From positions 152 to 64,151 of the forward strand of contig JAICWR010000002.1 in assembly GCA_025934715.1 (NCBI GenBank): 64,000 nt of DNA, given 5' to 3'. Origin of the DNA: Candidatus Saccharimonadota bacterium (GTDB lineage Bacteria; Patescibacteriota; Saccharimonadia; Saccharimonadales; UBA10212). Below are positions 1-9,615 of the stretch, piece by piece. The number at the start of each line of letters is the position of its first letter. Position 1 is the first letter of the stretch. Position numbers and translations under genes: made by a program. The notes below the pieces were generated by a model that had not been told where the DNA came from, did not search any database, and saw only the letters and a list, made by a program, of their open reading frames with translations.

Positions 1-74
1 GTAGTGGAACGGGTCACGGCCTGCTTCATGAAGATGACCAAATTCATAATTAAAGACCTGGAAGCAGCAGCCAA

Positions 75-641
75 ATGAGATTGGTGGTTTCTGAGTTTGT
101 CACAGCCGACGGAGTTTTTGAAGACCCTGGTGGCTCGGAGGGCACCGAATTCGGTAGTTGGAGTATAGATTACGGCACCGCGGAATCATTTAAATATAAA
201 GAGGCGGAGCTTAAGTCCGCCGACGCCCAGCTGCTCGGACGGGTGACTTACCAGGGTTTTGCCGACGCTTGGCCCAAGCGCAGCAATAAAGATCCATTTG
301 CCAAAAAATTCAACCAAATGCCAAAACATGTGGTGTCGTCCACCCTAAGCAAACTCGATTGGGAGAATTCGCACTTCGTAAAGGGCGATTTGGTAACTGG
401 CATCAAAAATCTCAAGAAGCAATATAAGGGTGACGTGCTGGTTTATGGCAGCGGCCAATTAGTGCGGTTTTTGCTGGATAAAAATTTGGTTGACATGTTG
501 TCATTGATGGTCCACCCGATAATTTTCGGCAAAGGCAAACTTCTGTTTGATGGCTTGGAGAAACGCCACAATTTAACCCTCAAAACCACTAAAAAATTTC
601 CTAACGGTGTAGTAGTTTTGGAATATGAGCCGAATAAATAA
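75..641 (+). CDS. Dihydrofolate reductase-like / RibD C-terminal domain family protein
   Basis: 188-aa ORF with the typical YwjB/RibD_C pattern (GRVTYQGFADAWP... VYGSGQLVRFLL... HPIIFGKGKLLF); ATG at 75. Confidence 0.7.
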   Translation: MRLVVSEFVTADGVFEDPGGSEGTEFGSWSIDYGTAESFKYKEAELKSADAQLLGRVTYQGFADAWPKRSNKDPFAKKFNQMPKHVVSSTLSKLDWENSHFVKGDLVTGIKNLKKQYKGDVLVYGSGQLVRFLLDKNLVDMLSLMVHPIIFGKGKLLFDGLEKRHNLTLKTTKKFPNGVVVLEYEPNK

Positions 642-723
642 GAAGCTCTTTTGTGCTCGAAGCAGCTGCCAAGCCTTAGCCGGCAAACGGAGTATATAAT
701 TATATCTATAAAAGGGAGGTTTT

Positions 724-1146
724 ATGGCAAACGTAAGTATTGTTCCCTATCTGTTTTTCAGGGGGAACGCTAAAGAGGCGATGGAATTTTATAAAAGTGT
801 CTTTGGAGGCGAGTTGCATGTCCAGACGATGGCCGATTCGCCGCAGGAGATGCAGATGCCCGGTTCTAAGCCGACCGACGTGATGCACGCCCGCTTAAGC
901 GGGCCGGTGGATCTGATGGCCAGCGACAGCCAGCAAGCCAGTGAAAAAGCCATGAAAATCGAGTTATCTATAAACGGCGGCAGCGCCGACGAAGCTAAGA
1001 TGCGCGAAATGTTCGGTAAATTAGCCGAAGGCGGCAAGGTCAAGATGGAACTTCAGAAAATGCCCTGGGGCGACCTTTACGGACAGATAACTGATAAGTT
1101 CAACATCGAATGGATGATGAACATCGGCGACAGCATGGGCGGCTAA
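724..1146 (+). CDS. VOC/glyoxalase-fold protein, PhnB-like
   Basis: 140-aa ORF; N-terminal 'VPYLFFRGNAKEAMEFYKSVFGGEL' and C-terminal 'MPWGDLYGQITDKFNIEWM' are characteristic of the PhnB/3-demethylubiquinone-9 methyltransferase-like glyoxalase family. Confidence 0.65.
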   Translation: MANVSIVPYLFFRGNAKEAMEFYKSVFGGELHVQTMADSPQEMQMPGSKPTDVMHARLSGPVDLMASDSQQASEKAMKIELSINGGSADEAKMREMFGKLAEGGKVKMELQKMPWGDLYGQITDKFNIEWMMNIGDSMGG

Positions 1147-1154
1147 CAAAAAAG

Positions 1155-1192
1155 CACCAGATTTCTCTGATGCGTTTTTGGTGGAGTTGGCG
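1155..1192 (+). terminator. Putative intrinsic terminator after the PhnB-like gene
   Basis: Imperfect hairpin (gcaccag ... ctgatgc) followed by GTTTTTGG directly after the stop at 1146. Confidence 0.4.
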
Positions 1193-1783
1193 GGAAATTC
1201 TCCCGCGTCCGCTCGGTAACAAATCCGATGACTACAGGCTTAGGCCGCTTGAAGTCTTTACCTAGCCATTAAAACGGCCGAAAAAAAACTAGGCGCAATC
1301 CAGGCAGTCTTAACCGGATTTTAGCGGATTACTAAACCCCGGGGCAGCCAAAAAATATGGCGCGCCCGCTCACTATTTGGCGTCGTAAGCGGCGCGGCTA
1401 GCGTGATTAAGCGCTAACTGTTGCGAAAGAATACGCCGGAGCAAAAAGGCTCGCGACAGCAGTTCTCACGCGATTAAATGCGTTTGCATTTAGTGGTTTG
1501 ATCCGGCTAACGTGCAGATCAACCCGGCCTGCCATGTGGATGTGTCAATGTCCAAACGTCGAAATAAATTCAACCCCTCGTCGCAACCTATGCGTCTGCC
1601 TCGTTTCGGCTAGTAAGCCAAAAGCTTCGGCTTGACGCTATGTTGCTCCTCTCAATTTCGCGTACGGCTGCTAGCACCCCGATGCGCAAAATTGGAAAGA
1701 AACCTAAGTTGCAAAGAGCGACCGAACTTTGAACTAATATAGATTATACCACTTGTGTTAACTTTCTGCAATAGAGTAAGGGG

Positions 1784-2188
1784 TTAGGCAAGTTTTTTGG
1801 CGGCAATTTCCAGGGTGGCAGCCTCGCTGTTAGTTAGGATATCCAGTATCTGCTTCTGCTGTCTTTTTAGAAGTTTCTCAGCGTCTTTGTAGCGGCCCGC
1901 GCCTTTAGCAGTTAAAGTCACATCGCGCTGGCGGTTATCCTTTTTATTTCTGCCGATACTTACCAAGCCCTGTTTTTTCATGGCCTGCAGCTGGCGGCTG
2001 ACATTCGCCTCGGTCTGGCTTAGCTCCACCGCGATAACTCTCTGGGAAGTTGGGGTGGATTTATCTAGTACGCTCATTATTCTGGCAGCTGATAGCCCGA
2101 TCCCTGTCTCTGCCTCCAAAACGGCTTCGCATCTATGTTGTAAAACATACGACAGATGGAGCAGGGGAGGAAAATTAGGTTTTGCCAT
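1784..2188 (-). CDS. MarR-family transcriptional regulator
   Basis: Winged-helix MarR pattern (SAARIMSVLDKSTPTSQRVIAVELSQTEANVSRQLQAMKKQGLVSIGRNKKDNRQRDVTLTAKG); ATG at complement 2188 preferred over the longer ORF start. Confidence 0.75.
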   Translation of the reverse strand: MAKPNFPPLLHLSYVLQHRCEAVLEAETGIGLSAARIMSVLDKSTPTSQRVIAVELSQTEANVSRQLQAMKKQGLVSIGRNKKDNRQRDVTLTAKGAGRYKDAEKLLKRQQKQILDILTNSEAATLEIAAKKLA

Positions 2189-2271
2189 GAAACAACCCTC
2201 GTTTAACACTTTTAGCTTATGGCAAAAATACTTAACAAGTCAAGTATTTTGGAGGGCAGGGGACAAATTAT

Positions 2272-2550
2272 TCACAGCAGCGAGTTAACGTCTTGGCTGT
2301 AGCTGTGGGGGTCCAAGCCCTGGTCGATATTCGTGTTATTCAAGGTGTTCTCTGCCGCATTCAGGTCAGCCGCATTTTTAATGGCGGGCGCGCTGTTTAT
2401 GGTTGCCGGAATTGTGCTGGAAGTGGTTGGCGGCGCCACTGCGCTGTTTGTCTTTACCACTTGGTAACCAACAAACGCAATAATGCCAGCCGCAACTAGA
2501 AATAAGGCCAGTCCGAGATGTCCGAAGCCTTGCTGAGTAGTTTTTTTCAT
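2272..2550 (-). CDS. Small membrane/secreted hypothetical protein
   Basis: 92-aa ORF with N-terminal hydrophobic helix (GLALFLVAAGIIAFVGYQVV) then a Thr/Ser/Ala/Asn-rich tail. Confidence 0.45.
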   Translation of the reverse strand: MKKTTQQGFGHLGLALFLVAAGIIAFVGYQVVKTNSAVAPPTTSSTIPATINSAPAIKNAADLNAAENTLNNTNIDQGLDPHSYSQDVNSLL

Positions 2551-2561
2551 CTTCTGCCCTC

Positions 2562-3272
2562 CTATTGGTTAGTGGTATTAGTCGTGCCCGTGGAATTATC
2601 TGTGCCACTGGTCGTATTCGCGCCTGTGCCGGCGCCTTTTAGGGACTTTATTAAATCAACCAGCGCCGAGCGATAGGCTTTGAGCTTATCGCGCGTATCC
2701 TTAACAGCTGTTTGAAATGTAGCGACACTGTCGGCCACTGTTTGGGAAGTGCAGTCTATACTGCTCGCATCAAGCGCCCTTAGCGCATCAATGCTTGTCT
2801 GGGCATTGGCGGAGGCGGTGTCAACATTTGCTTTCAGCGTGGCGTAGTCACTAACATTCAGCTGCTTGTTCGTGTAGAATTGCTGGACCCTTTGATAAAT
2901 TTTGTTGAAAACCGCTTTGTGGTTGGTGGCAAATCGGACCGCATTTGATTCCCTGGTTTCCAAATTCGCCTTTCGGGCTTCACAGGCCCGCTGGCGGTGC
3001 TGCTCGGTCTGTTTCTGGTGGCTAGCACGGGCTAGTTGCAGGTTTTCTTTGGCCGTTTCGCGGAATTGTTCCGTCAGATCGTTCGTTTCAGGCGAGGTTG
3101 AGATGGTGGCCGTGTTATTACTGGTGTCATCAGCTATTTGGGAATTGTCCGACGAACCAGATGAGTTATTACTGCCCCCACCGTGCTCAGCGGCGGCCGG
3201 CAAAACCATGGCGCCTCCGGTGAATAACATTACCACGGCCAGACTTAGTATGAATCTTCTTATGTTACGCAT
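2562..3272 (-). CDS. Secreted hypothetical protein (signal peptide, low-complexity Ser/Thr/Asn ends, coiled central part)
   Basis: N-terminal signal peptide (MRNIRRFILSLAVVMLFTGGAMVLPAAA); no recognisable catalytic motif. Confidence 0.5.
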   Translation of the reverse strand: MRNIRRFILSLAVVMLFTGGAMVLPAAAEHGGGSNNSSGSSDNSQIADDTSNNTATISTSPETNDLTEQFRETAKENLQLARASHQKQTEQHRQRACEARKANLETRESNAVRFATNHKAVFNKIYQRVQQFYTNKQLNVSDYATLKANVDTASANAQTSIDALRALDASSIDCTSQTVADSVATFQTAVKDTRDKLKAYRSALVDLIKSLKGAGTGANTTSGTDNSTGTTNTTNQ

Positions 3273-3277
3273 AGTGC

Positions 3278-4063
3278 TTAAATAATATTACTTTTATAGT
3301 TCTTGTAAAGCGTGTGCCACTCGCGCAGTGAGAGTTCCTGGGCCCGCCGGCCGCCGTCAACCCCTGAGGTTTTTAGCAATTGGTCCGCTTGTTCCTTGCT
3401 GATATTCAAACCGGCTGACAGGCTGCCCCGCAGTTTTTTGCGGCGGCCGGCAAAGCCGGCTTTAACAATCCTAAAGTACATACCGCTGTCCAGGTCTTTG
3501 AACAAAGGTTTTGGGCGCTTTTGCATAATCACCACTTGGGAATCCACCTTCGGCGGCGGCGTGAAGAGCTCGGCGGCCACCGCCGGGCCGAGCTTGGGCT
3601 GGTAGTAGAGCTGTACGCTCACGGCCAGCAGGCTCATCTGGCCCGGCTTGGCGCAAATCCTCTCGGCCACCTCTTTTTGGACTAGCAGCGTCATCTCCAG
3701 CGGCGGATTCGATGATTCGCTCAATGTCCTGAGAAGATTGCTAGTCAGGTAGTAGGGGATGTTAGCGACCACTTTATAGGCCACCGGTAATTCCGACAGG
3801 TCGAACTCTAAGATATTTCCGCGTACGATTACGAGGTTATCCGCGGCTATACCAGTCGCCAGATTCGCCGCCAGCTCCGCATCCATCTCGACCGCCACCA
3901 CGCTATTAGCCCGTCTAATTAAGCGGCGGGTTAAGTCGCCAAGGCCCGGTCCGATCTCCAGCACCGTGTCATCATGGCTCAGGTTGGCCGCCTCACAAAT
4001 AGCCTCTAGGGTCGCATCGTCCTTCAACCAGTGCTGCCCCAAGCTTTTCTTTGGGCCTACCAC
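3278..4063 (-). CDS. rsmA: 16S rRNA (adenine1518/1519-N6)-dimethyltransferase
   Basis: KsgA/RsmA hallmark N-terminus (KKSLGQHWLKDD... VLEIGPGLGDLTRRL... VVAVEMD... NIPYYLTSNLL). Confidence 0.9.
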   Translation of the reverse strand: MVGPKKSLGQHWLKDDATLEAICEAANLSHDDTVLEIGPGLGDLTRRLIRRANSVVAVEMDAELAANLATGIAADNLVIVRGNILEFDLSELPVAYKVVANIPYYLTSNLLRTLSESSNPPLEMTLLVQKEVAERICAKPGQMSLLAVSVQLYYQPKLGPAVAAELFTPPPKVDSQVVIMQKRPKPLFKDLDSGMYFRIVKAGFAGRRKKLRGSLSAGLNISKEQADQLLKTSGVDGGRRAQELSLREWHTLYKNYKSNII

Positions 4064-5280
4064 GAAGAGTAATTAAGCCAATGGTAGTAAGCGTTGGCCC
4101 AGCCGCCGTAAGACCGCGAGGCGTATCCGGAACACCATCTAAGCTGGGTTATGGGGTTTGTCTCCCAGTCGCCGCCGGCGGTTGACATCTTGCTGCCCGG
4201 CAGAGCCTGGCAGAGGCCGTAGGCCCCACTGCCGTTAGCGGCCGTGACCCGCCAGCCGGACTCGTGGCTGACAATAAAGTTAGCGTAGGCGTAATCGCCG
4301 GACGAGATCCCCGAGGCGGCCATGATGGCTGTTTTATCGCCGTTAATGTCGATGGTCGTTCCCCTGGCCACGATTTTTGGCACCGGCGGTTCGATGATTA
4401 TCCGCTGGATGATTTTCTTAGCTTCTGGCTTGCCTTTTTGGATGCTGACCAGATAGGTGGTCAGTTCCTTGCCGGCTGCGCCGTTTTGGCGGGTGACAGT
4501 GGTGCCGAAACTCAGGCTGGCGTCGCTGATGACTTTAGTTGGCACAGGGATGGGTTCCTCCACGGTTTGCACATGAGTGCCTTTGGATAGGATAAAAACC
4601 ACCATTTTCGGTTTGATAGGCGTCTGCAGCGCCGGACTGACATTTTCGCCGTGGTCCAATTTAATATGTTTTTCGCTCAGTAGGTCTTCCACGGTAGAAG
4701 CCAAGGTGTAAGTTGGCACCTGGGAGCCATACAGGTTGATCGTGATCGGGGTTGCCCGGTGGACGACCACTTGCTCGCCTATGATATTATCTTTTATTTC
4801 ACCGGTCGAAAAAGTGGCGATGTCTTCCGGGCGGACCGCCAGTCCGGCGGTTTGGGCGACCACCCGGGCGCTTAGCTGGGCAGTCAGCGTGACAATTTTA
4901 TGGTCGCCGTCAATCACGGTCACCGGGCGGGCATGGTAGATATTGATCCTGAAGTTATCCTCCACGATCGGCGTATTTAAAGAGGGTTCTACGACATCCT
5001 GGGGAATAAGATGTAAATCCAGCCGGTTAATCAAGGCGCCGACTGTTTGGGCATTCGTGTCGATTGTCCGTTTTTGGCCGCTGTCAAACAGATAAACCAC
5101 GTGATAATTAGTCTCGACATAAGTATGGCCGCCCTTACTTAAAAACATCAAGCCGACAATCATCAGGCCCAGCAATAGGCCGAATAACGGCAATATATAG
5201 GGGCGCCGCCTGACATGGCGCAAACCAGCCCGGTGCGCGGTTTTGTAATGCCCGGTTAATGTCTTAGGTATGGGTTTCAT
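4057..5280 (-). CDS. Resuscitation-promoting-factor (RpfB)-like protein: TM anchor, DUF348 repeats, G5 domain, C-terminal transglycosylase-like domain
   Basis: N-terminal TM; G5-like segment (TVTRQNGAAGKELTTYLVSIQKGKP); C-terminal 'SHESGWRVTAANGSGAYGLCQALPGSKMSTAGGDW' matches the Rpf lysozyme-like core (ESGGNW...GLYGGLQ). Confidence 0.7.
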   Translation of the reverse strand: MKPIPKTLTGHYKTAHRAGLRHVRRRPYILPLFGLLLGLMIVGLMFLSKGGHTYVETNYHVVYLFDSGQKRTIDTNAQTVGALINRLDLHLIPQDVVEPSLNTPIVEDNFRINIYHARPVTVIDGDHKIVTLTAQLSARVVAQTAGLAVRPEDIATFSTGEIKDNIIGEQVVVHRATPITINLYGSQVPTYTLASTVEDLLSEKHIKLDHGENVSPALQTPIKPKMVVFILSKGTHVQTVEEPIPVPTKVISDASLSFGTTVTRQNGAAGKELTTYLVSIQKGKPEAKKIIQRIIIEPPVPKIVARGTTIDINGDKTAIMAASGISSGDYAYANFIVSHESGWRVTAANGSGAYGLCQALPGSKMSTAGGDWETNPITQLRWCSGYASRSYGGWANAYYHWLNYSSW

Positions 5281-5323
5281 CGACGATATGGGGTGAAAAC
5301 AGCTTAATTATACCAAAGGGGGG

Positions 5324-7468
5324 CTATAGTTTCTCTAGTGGCGCGAAAGCGATGTTCAGCCGCTTGGTGCCAGCCGATTTAAAACGGATCGTGGCGTTAT
5401 CTCCCTCCAGGTCCAGCACGACACCCACGCCAAACAGTTCATGCTTGACTCCGTCGCCGGCTTCTAGCTCTGGCACGTAGCGGTGATCTTCCACCTGGGC
5501 GGGAAGGGCCGCCTCGGTTGTTGTGTCGAACAATCCATAACCAGCTTGTAAAACTGTTGTGGTGTTGATATCTGCCAAAAAACGGCTCGGCGGATTATGC
5601 TGGCGGCCGCCGTAAAGGGTCCTTTCGGTGGCATAGGCCAAAAATAGTTCCTGCTTGGCCCGGGTCATACCCACATACATCAGACGTCTTTCTTCTTCCA
5701 TCTCAGCCGGATCATAAAGCGACCGGCTATGGGGAAAGACCGATTCTTCCAGGCCGGTGATGAAAACCACTGGGAATTCCAGGCCTTTGGCTGAATGCAG
5801 GGTCATCATGACCACGGCGTCATCACTCATATCAGCCTGGTCCAGATCGCTGACTAGCGACACTTCCTCCAAAAAACCGGCTAGGCCGGCGTCGCTGTAC
5901 TCCGCGGCAACGCTTAGCAATTCTTTAACGTTCTCCACCCGGGCTTCGCCCTGAGGCGTGCCGTCTTGCATGAATTTAAGATAATCAAGCCGACGTATCA
6001 AACTGTCAATCAGGCTGGCCGGCAGTAATTCATCCATCTGAAGCCGGAAGCTGGCGACTATATCGGCCAATTCGGTAAGGCCGGCCCGGGCTTTGGGCGT
6101 GATGTCAAGGCAGCCCGACGATCCAGCCAGCGCTTCACCCAGGCTTAGGCTCTGGGCTTGGCGCCAGCTGTTAAACGACAGGAGGGACTTGGCCCCAATG
6201 CCGCGGGCAGGTACATTCACTATCCGCTCAAAGCTGGCTGAATCGTCGGGCTGGTAAATCAGTCTAAGATAAGCCAGGATGTCTTTAATTTCTTTGCGGT
6301 CATAAAAGCGGACGCCGCCGTAGATCCTATAAGGAATACCGTGGTGCACAAACACTTCCTCGAGTGCCCGGCTCTGGGCATTAGTGCGGTAAAGTATGGC
6401 GAAATCTTTGTAGCTGCGGGCTTTGATATCAACCGCCGACTGGATGCGCCGGACGACTGCCTCGCCTTCGCCTCTTTCCGTGGACACCTGCAGCACCTGG
6501 ATAGGCGAGCCGGCGCTGGCCGCTGTCCATAGTTTTTTATCACTGCGCAAACTGTTTTTAGAAATAATTAGATGGGCGGCATCAAGGATATTCTTAGTGC
6601 TGCGATAATTTTGCTCCAGCTTGATAATGGTGCACCTTGGGTAATCTTTTTCAAAATTAAGGATGTTGCGGAAGTCGGCGCCGCGCCAGGAGTAAATGCT
6701 TTGCCAGTCATCGCCGACCACCGCGATGTTTTGGTGAGTTCCGGTCAGCAGTTTCACCAATTTATACTGGGCAGAATTGGTGTCTTGGTATTCATCCACC
6801 ATCACGTACTTGAATTGGGCCTGCCACTTTTGTCGCAGCTGTTCATGCCCGGCCAGCATATCCACTGTCCGGCCGATTAAATCGTCAAAGTCCAACGCCG
6901 ATCCTTCTTTTAGCATCTTTTCGTAAAGCGGATAGACCTTGGCGGCGGCCCGGGCAGCGGGGCTGTATTCGGAGGTGGATTGGAATTCTTCGGGGCCCAC
7001 CATCTCGTTCTTAGCGCCGCTGATAAGTGACGTCAACAAACGCGCCGGAAAGCTTTTTTCATCAATGCCCGCTTGGCGGGCAGCCTGTTTGATAGCCGCT
7101 TGGCGGTCGCTCTCATCCCAAATCACAAAGCTGCGCGGAATACCGCTGTGCTCGCCGTCGTGGCGCAATATCCGCACACAAATACTGTGGAAAGTACCCA
7201 TATACGGCATAAAGCTTCGGTCCAGCGGGTCTTTGCCCAACAAACCGGCCACCCGCGACCGCATTTCGCCGGCCGCTTTATTAGTGAAGGTCACCGCCAG
7301 AATGTTAGCCGGCTGGGCCATATGGTTGGCCAAAATGTAAGCAGCCCGGTGTGTCAGGGTTTTGGTCTTGCCGCTGCCGGCTCCCGCCAATATCAGCAGC
7401 GGGCCCTCGGTGCATACGACCGCCCGCTTCTGTTCAGCGTTCAAACCACTCAAAAGACCGTCTGTCAC
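5324..7468 (-). CDS. pcrA: ATP-dependent DNA helicase UvrD/PcrA
   Basis: 714 aa; N-terminal 'LNAEQKRAVVCTEGPLLILAGAGSGKTKTLTHRAAYIL', helicase motifs (VMVDEYQDTN, TLHSAKGLEFPVVFI) and a C-terminal extension. Confidence 0.9.
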   Translation of the reverse strand: MTDGLLSGLNAEQKRAVVCTEGPLLILAGAGSGKTKTLTHRAAYILANHMAQPANILAVTFTNKAAGEMRSRVAGLLGKDPLDRSFMPYMGTFHSICVRILRHDGEHSGIPRSFVIWDESDRQAAIKQAARQAGIDEKSFPARLLTSLISGAKNEMVGPEEFQSTSEYSPAARAAAKVYPLYEKMLKEGSALDFDDLIGRTVDMLAGHEQLRQKWQAQFKYVMVDEYQDTNSAQYKLVKLLTGTHQNIAVVGDDWQSIYSWRGADFRNILNFEKDYPRCTIIKLEQNYRSTKNILDAAHLIISKNSLRSDKKLWTAASAGSPIQVLQVSTERGEGEAVVRRIQSAVDIKARSYKDFAILYRTNAQSRALEEVFVHHGIPYRIYGGVRFYDRKEIKDILAYLRLIYQPDDSASFERIVNVPARGIGAKSLLSFNSWRQAQSLSLGEALAGSSGCLDITPKARAGLTELADIVASFRLQMDELLPASLIDSLIRRLDYLKFMQDGTPQGEARVENVKELLSVAAEYSDAGLAGFLEEVSLVSDLDQADMSDDAVVMMTLHSAKGLEFPVVFITGLEESVFPHSRSLYDPAEMEEERRLMYVGMTRAKQELFLAYATERTLYGGRQHNPPSRFLADINTTTVLQAGYGLFDTTTEAALPAQVEDHRYVPELEAGDGVKHELFGVGVVLDLEGDNATIRFKSAGTKRLNIAFAPLEKL

Positions 7469-7492
7469 TAGTAGTATTGTATCAACCGGCGG

Positions 7493-8758
7493 CTACTGGG
7501 CGGCGGAAAATTTGACGGTGCCCAGTAATTGCTTGATGGCCGTGGCGTTGGTCATAGCAGCATCTTTGACTCTGATCACAACTAGGTTAGGGTCGCTAAG
7601 GTTCTCGGCGTAAATATCGCCCATGACTTTGCCTGCGGCGTCCAAAACTTTGGTTTGGACGATGGTTTTAGCGTCAAGCTTCGTGGCGGAAGCCAGAGGC
7701 CCCTGGTCGCAGACTATGGTGGACGGCGTGTCTATGCCGGCGGCAGTCGTGAAATGTAGGGTCGATTGGTAAATCAGTCCGTCGTTCGTCCCGGTGCACC
7801 ATTGGAGGAAATCATAATACTGGGCAGCTCTCGCCGGTGGCAAATATTTGCTGGCGGTGACAGCTAACTGGATATCTTTATTGGTGGCAAAATTAACCAG
7901 ATAAGCGTGGGTGCCGTCTGACTGCTGGCCGTTGCCTCGTTTGGTGTATCCAGGGTCGGCTGCTGAGCTCGGCGCTCCCCACGCCAAAGGCGCCGCGAAA
8001 GTCATGTTAGTACCCGATAATTGGTAGACTTTAAACCCGGCGGGAGTCGCAGGCGCACTGGCAGCCGGCTGATTGCTAGTTTGGGAAGGTTCTTCTGGCC
8101 TAGATCCGGTGGTGGCTGTGGTCTTTGGTTTGAAGATATGAAATGGCAGGTGTGAGTACCCCCGGACTAAGCCGGAATCTATGGCCAGGTAAGCAGCGAT
8201 TAATAAGATGAGGACCACTAACAACGCCGGCTTCCACCAGCTGCGTTTGAGGTTCTTCTCAGAAAAATGAAGTTCTTCAATATGCGGCGGAGGGGCTGCG
8301 GCTTCTGCTGGCACGGCGGACGCCTGGTCGTCGGGAGACGCCGGTTCATTGGCTGGCCGGGTTTCGTTGTCGGGAGCTTCCGCAAAAACCGCCGGTTCGA
8401 CCGGCTCCCCGGTACGATCATTTTCTCCCGCGTCCGGTGTCTCTGCTAGCGGCCTTGTTTCTTCAGTTTTTAGCGGTGCTGGCTCCTGATCCGTTCCCGG
8501 GTCGCTAAAAATAGCCGCGGCATCCGGCGGCACCGGCGAATTGGCCAGCCCTGGATGCTCCGGCGGTTCGCTATCATCAGCTTCGTGGCCGGCATCCAAC
8601 ACTTTTATATGCGTCGGCTCTTCGGTCTGCTTAGATGCATCTTTGACCATCGGGTCGCTGGCCACCGGATGATGGCCGACAATCACCGGCTTGCTGGTGG
8701 CCGGCGGGCTGACATCCTTAGGTTTCGTCACATCGAACACGCGGTTTTCGTCGGGCAT
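7493..8758 (-). CDS. Hypothetical single-pass membrane protein with an acidic Pro-rich N-terminal disordered region
   Basis: Central TM (WWKPALLVVLILLIAAYLAI); N-terminal half rich in P/E/D/A; no known motif. The second Met is preferred as start, so the gene abuts rather than overlaps tpiA. Confidence 0.5.
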   Translation of the reverse strand: MPDENRVFDVTKPKDVSPPATSKPVIVGHHPVASDPMVKDASKQTEEPTHIKVLDAGHEADDSEPPEHPGLANSPVPPDAAAIFSDPGTDQEPAPLKTEETRPLAETPDAGENDRTGEPVEPAVFAEAPDNETRPANEPASPDDQASAVPAEAAAPPPHIEELHFSEKNLKRSWWKPALLVVLILLIAAYLAIDSGLVRGYSHLPFHIFKPKTTATTGSRPEEPSQTSNQPAASAPATPAGFKVYQLSGTNMTFAAPLAWGAPSSAADPGYTKRGNGQQSDGTHAYLVNFATNKDIQLAVTASKYLPPARAAQYYDFLQWCTGTNDGLIYQSTLHFTTAAGIDTPSTIVCDQGPLASATKLDAKTIVQTKVLDAAGKVMGDIYAENLSDPNLVVIRVKDAAMTNATAIKQLLGTVKFSAAQ

Positions 8759-8760
8759 CT

Positions 8761-9567
8761 TTATTCCTTTCCACCCTTTCTTTGCCAGCGCCATGCTGCT
8801 TCTATAATGTCAGTGAACACTTGGTAATTCAAGCTGGCGCCGCCAACCAAAAAACCGTCCACGCCTTCGACGTCCAAAAAACCGCTGACGATTTCTGGCA
8901 CCGTGCTGCCGCCGTATAAAACCCGGACCTGCTTTCCGGCCTTTTCGCCGAAAACATCGGTCACATAACGCCTTATGTAGTTCACTGCCTCGGCCACCTG
9001 GTGGGGTTTGGCCACGATATGTTCCGTGTAGTTGGAGCCGTCACTGATAGCCCAAACCGGTTCGTAAGCAATCACAGAATCCTGGACTTCGCCGGCGGTC
9101 AAGTTCGATAGGGCCGACATTAGCTGGTCGTGCAGCACCTGCTTGGTTTCGCCGTCATCGCGGTCCTGCTTGGTCTCGCCCACGCAAAGTATCGGCATGA
9201 TCTCATTGCGTACAGCGGCCGCCATTTTATTTTTGATAGTTTCAAGGTCTTCATTGAACACATGCCGGCGCTCGCTGTGGCCGACTATGGCGTAGCTGAC
9301 CAGGTCGCGGATCATTGTGAAACTGACCTCGCCGGTGAACGGGCCTTCGTCGCGCCAATAGGCGTTTTGGGAGGCCAGCCGGAATTTGCGGCGGTCAACT
9401 TGAACGCTCAAAGGCTGCAGGCTAAGCATGCTGGGGGCGAGCACGATTTCTATATCACGGCGCCCAGGAATCCGTTCCTGGAGCCGGTGCAGCAATAAGC
9501 TGGCCTGGCTGGCGTTCAGGTGCATCTTCCAGTTACCGACAATCAGTATTTTACGCACGGTCTCCAC
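8761..9567 (-). CDS. tpiA: Triosephosphate isomerase
   Basis: 'ILIVGNWKMHLN', 'AYEPVWAI', 'VLYGGS' motifs. Confidence 0.9.
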   Translation of the reverse strand: METVRKILIVGNWKMHLNASQASLLLHRLQERIPGRRDIEIVLAPSMLSLQPLSVQVDRRKFRLASQNAYWRDEGPFTGEVSFTMIRDLVSYAIVGHSERRHVFNEDLETIKNKMAAAVRNEIMPILCVGETKQDRDDGETKQVLHDQLMSALSNLTAGEVQDSVIAYEPVWAISDGSNYTEHIVAKPHQVAEAVNYIRRYVTDVFGEKAGKQVRVLYGGSTVPEIVSGFLDVEGVDGFLVGGASLNYQVFTDIIEAAWRWQRKGGKE

Positions 9568-9615
9568 CCTTATAGTATTTACGCTTATTGTACACGAAAC
9601 CTGCTCGCTTAAGCA

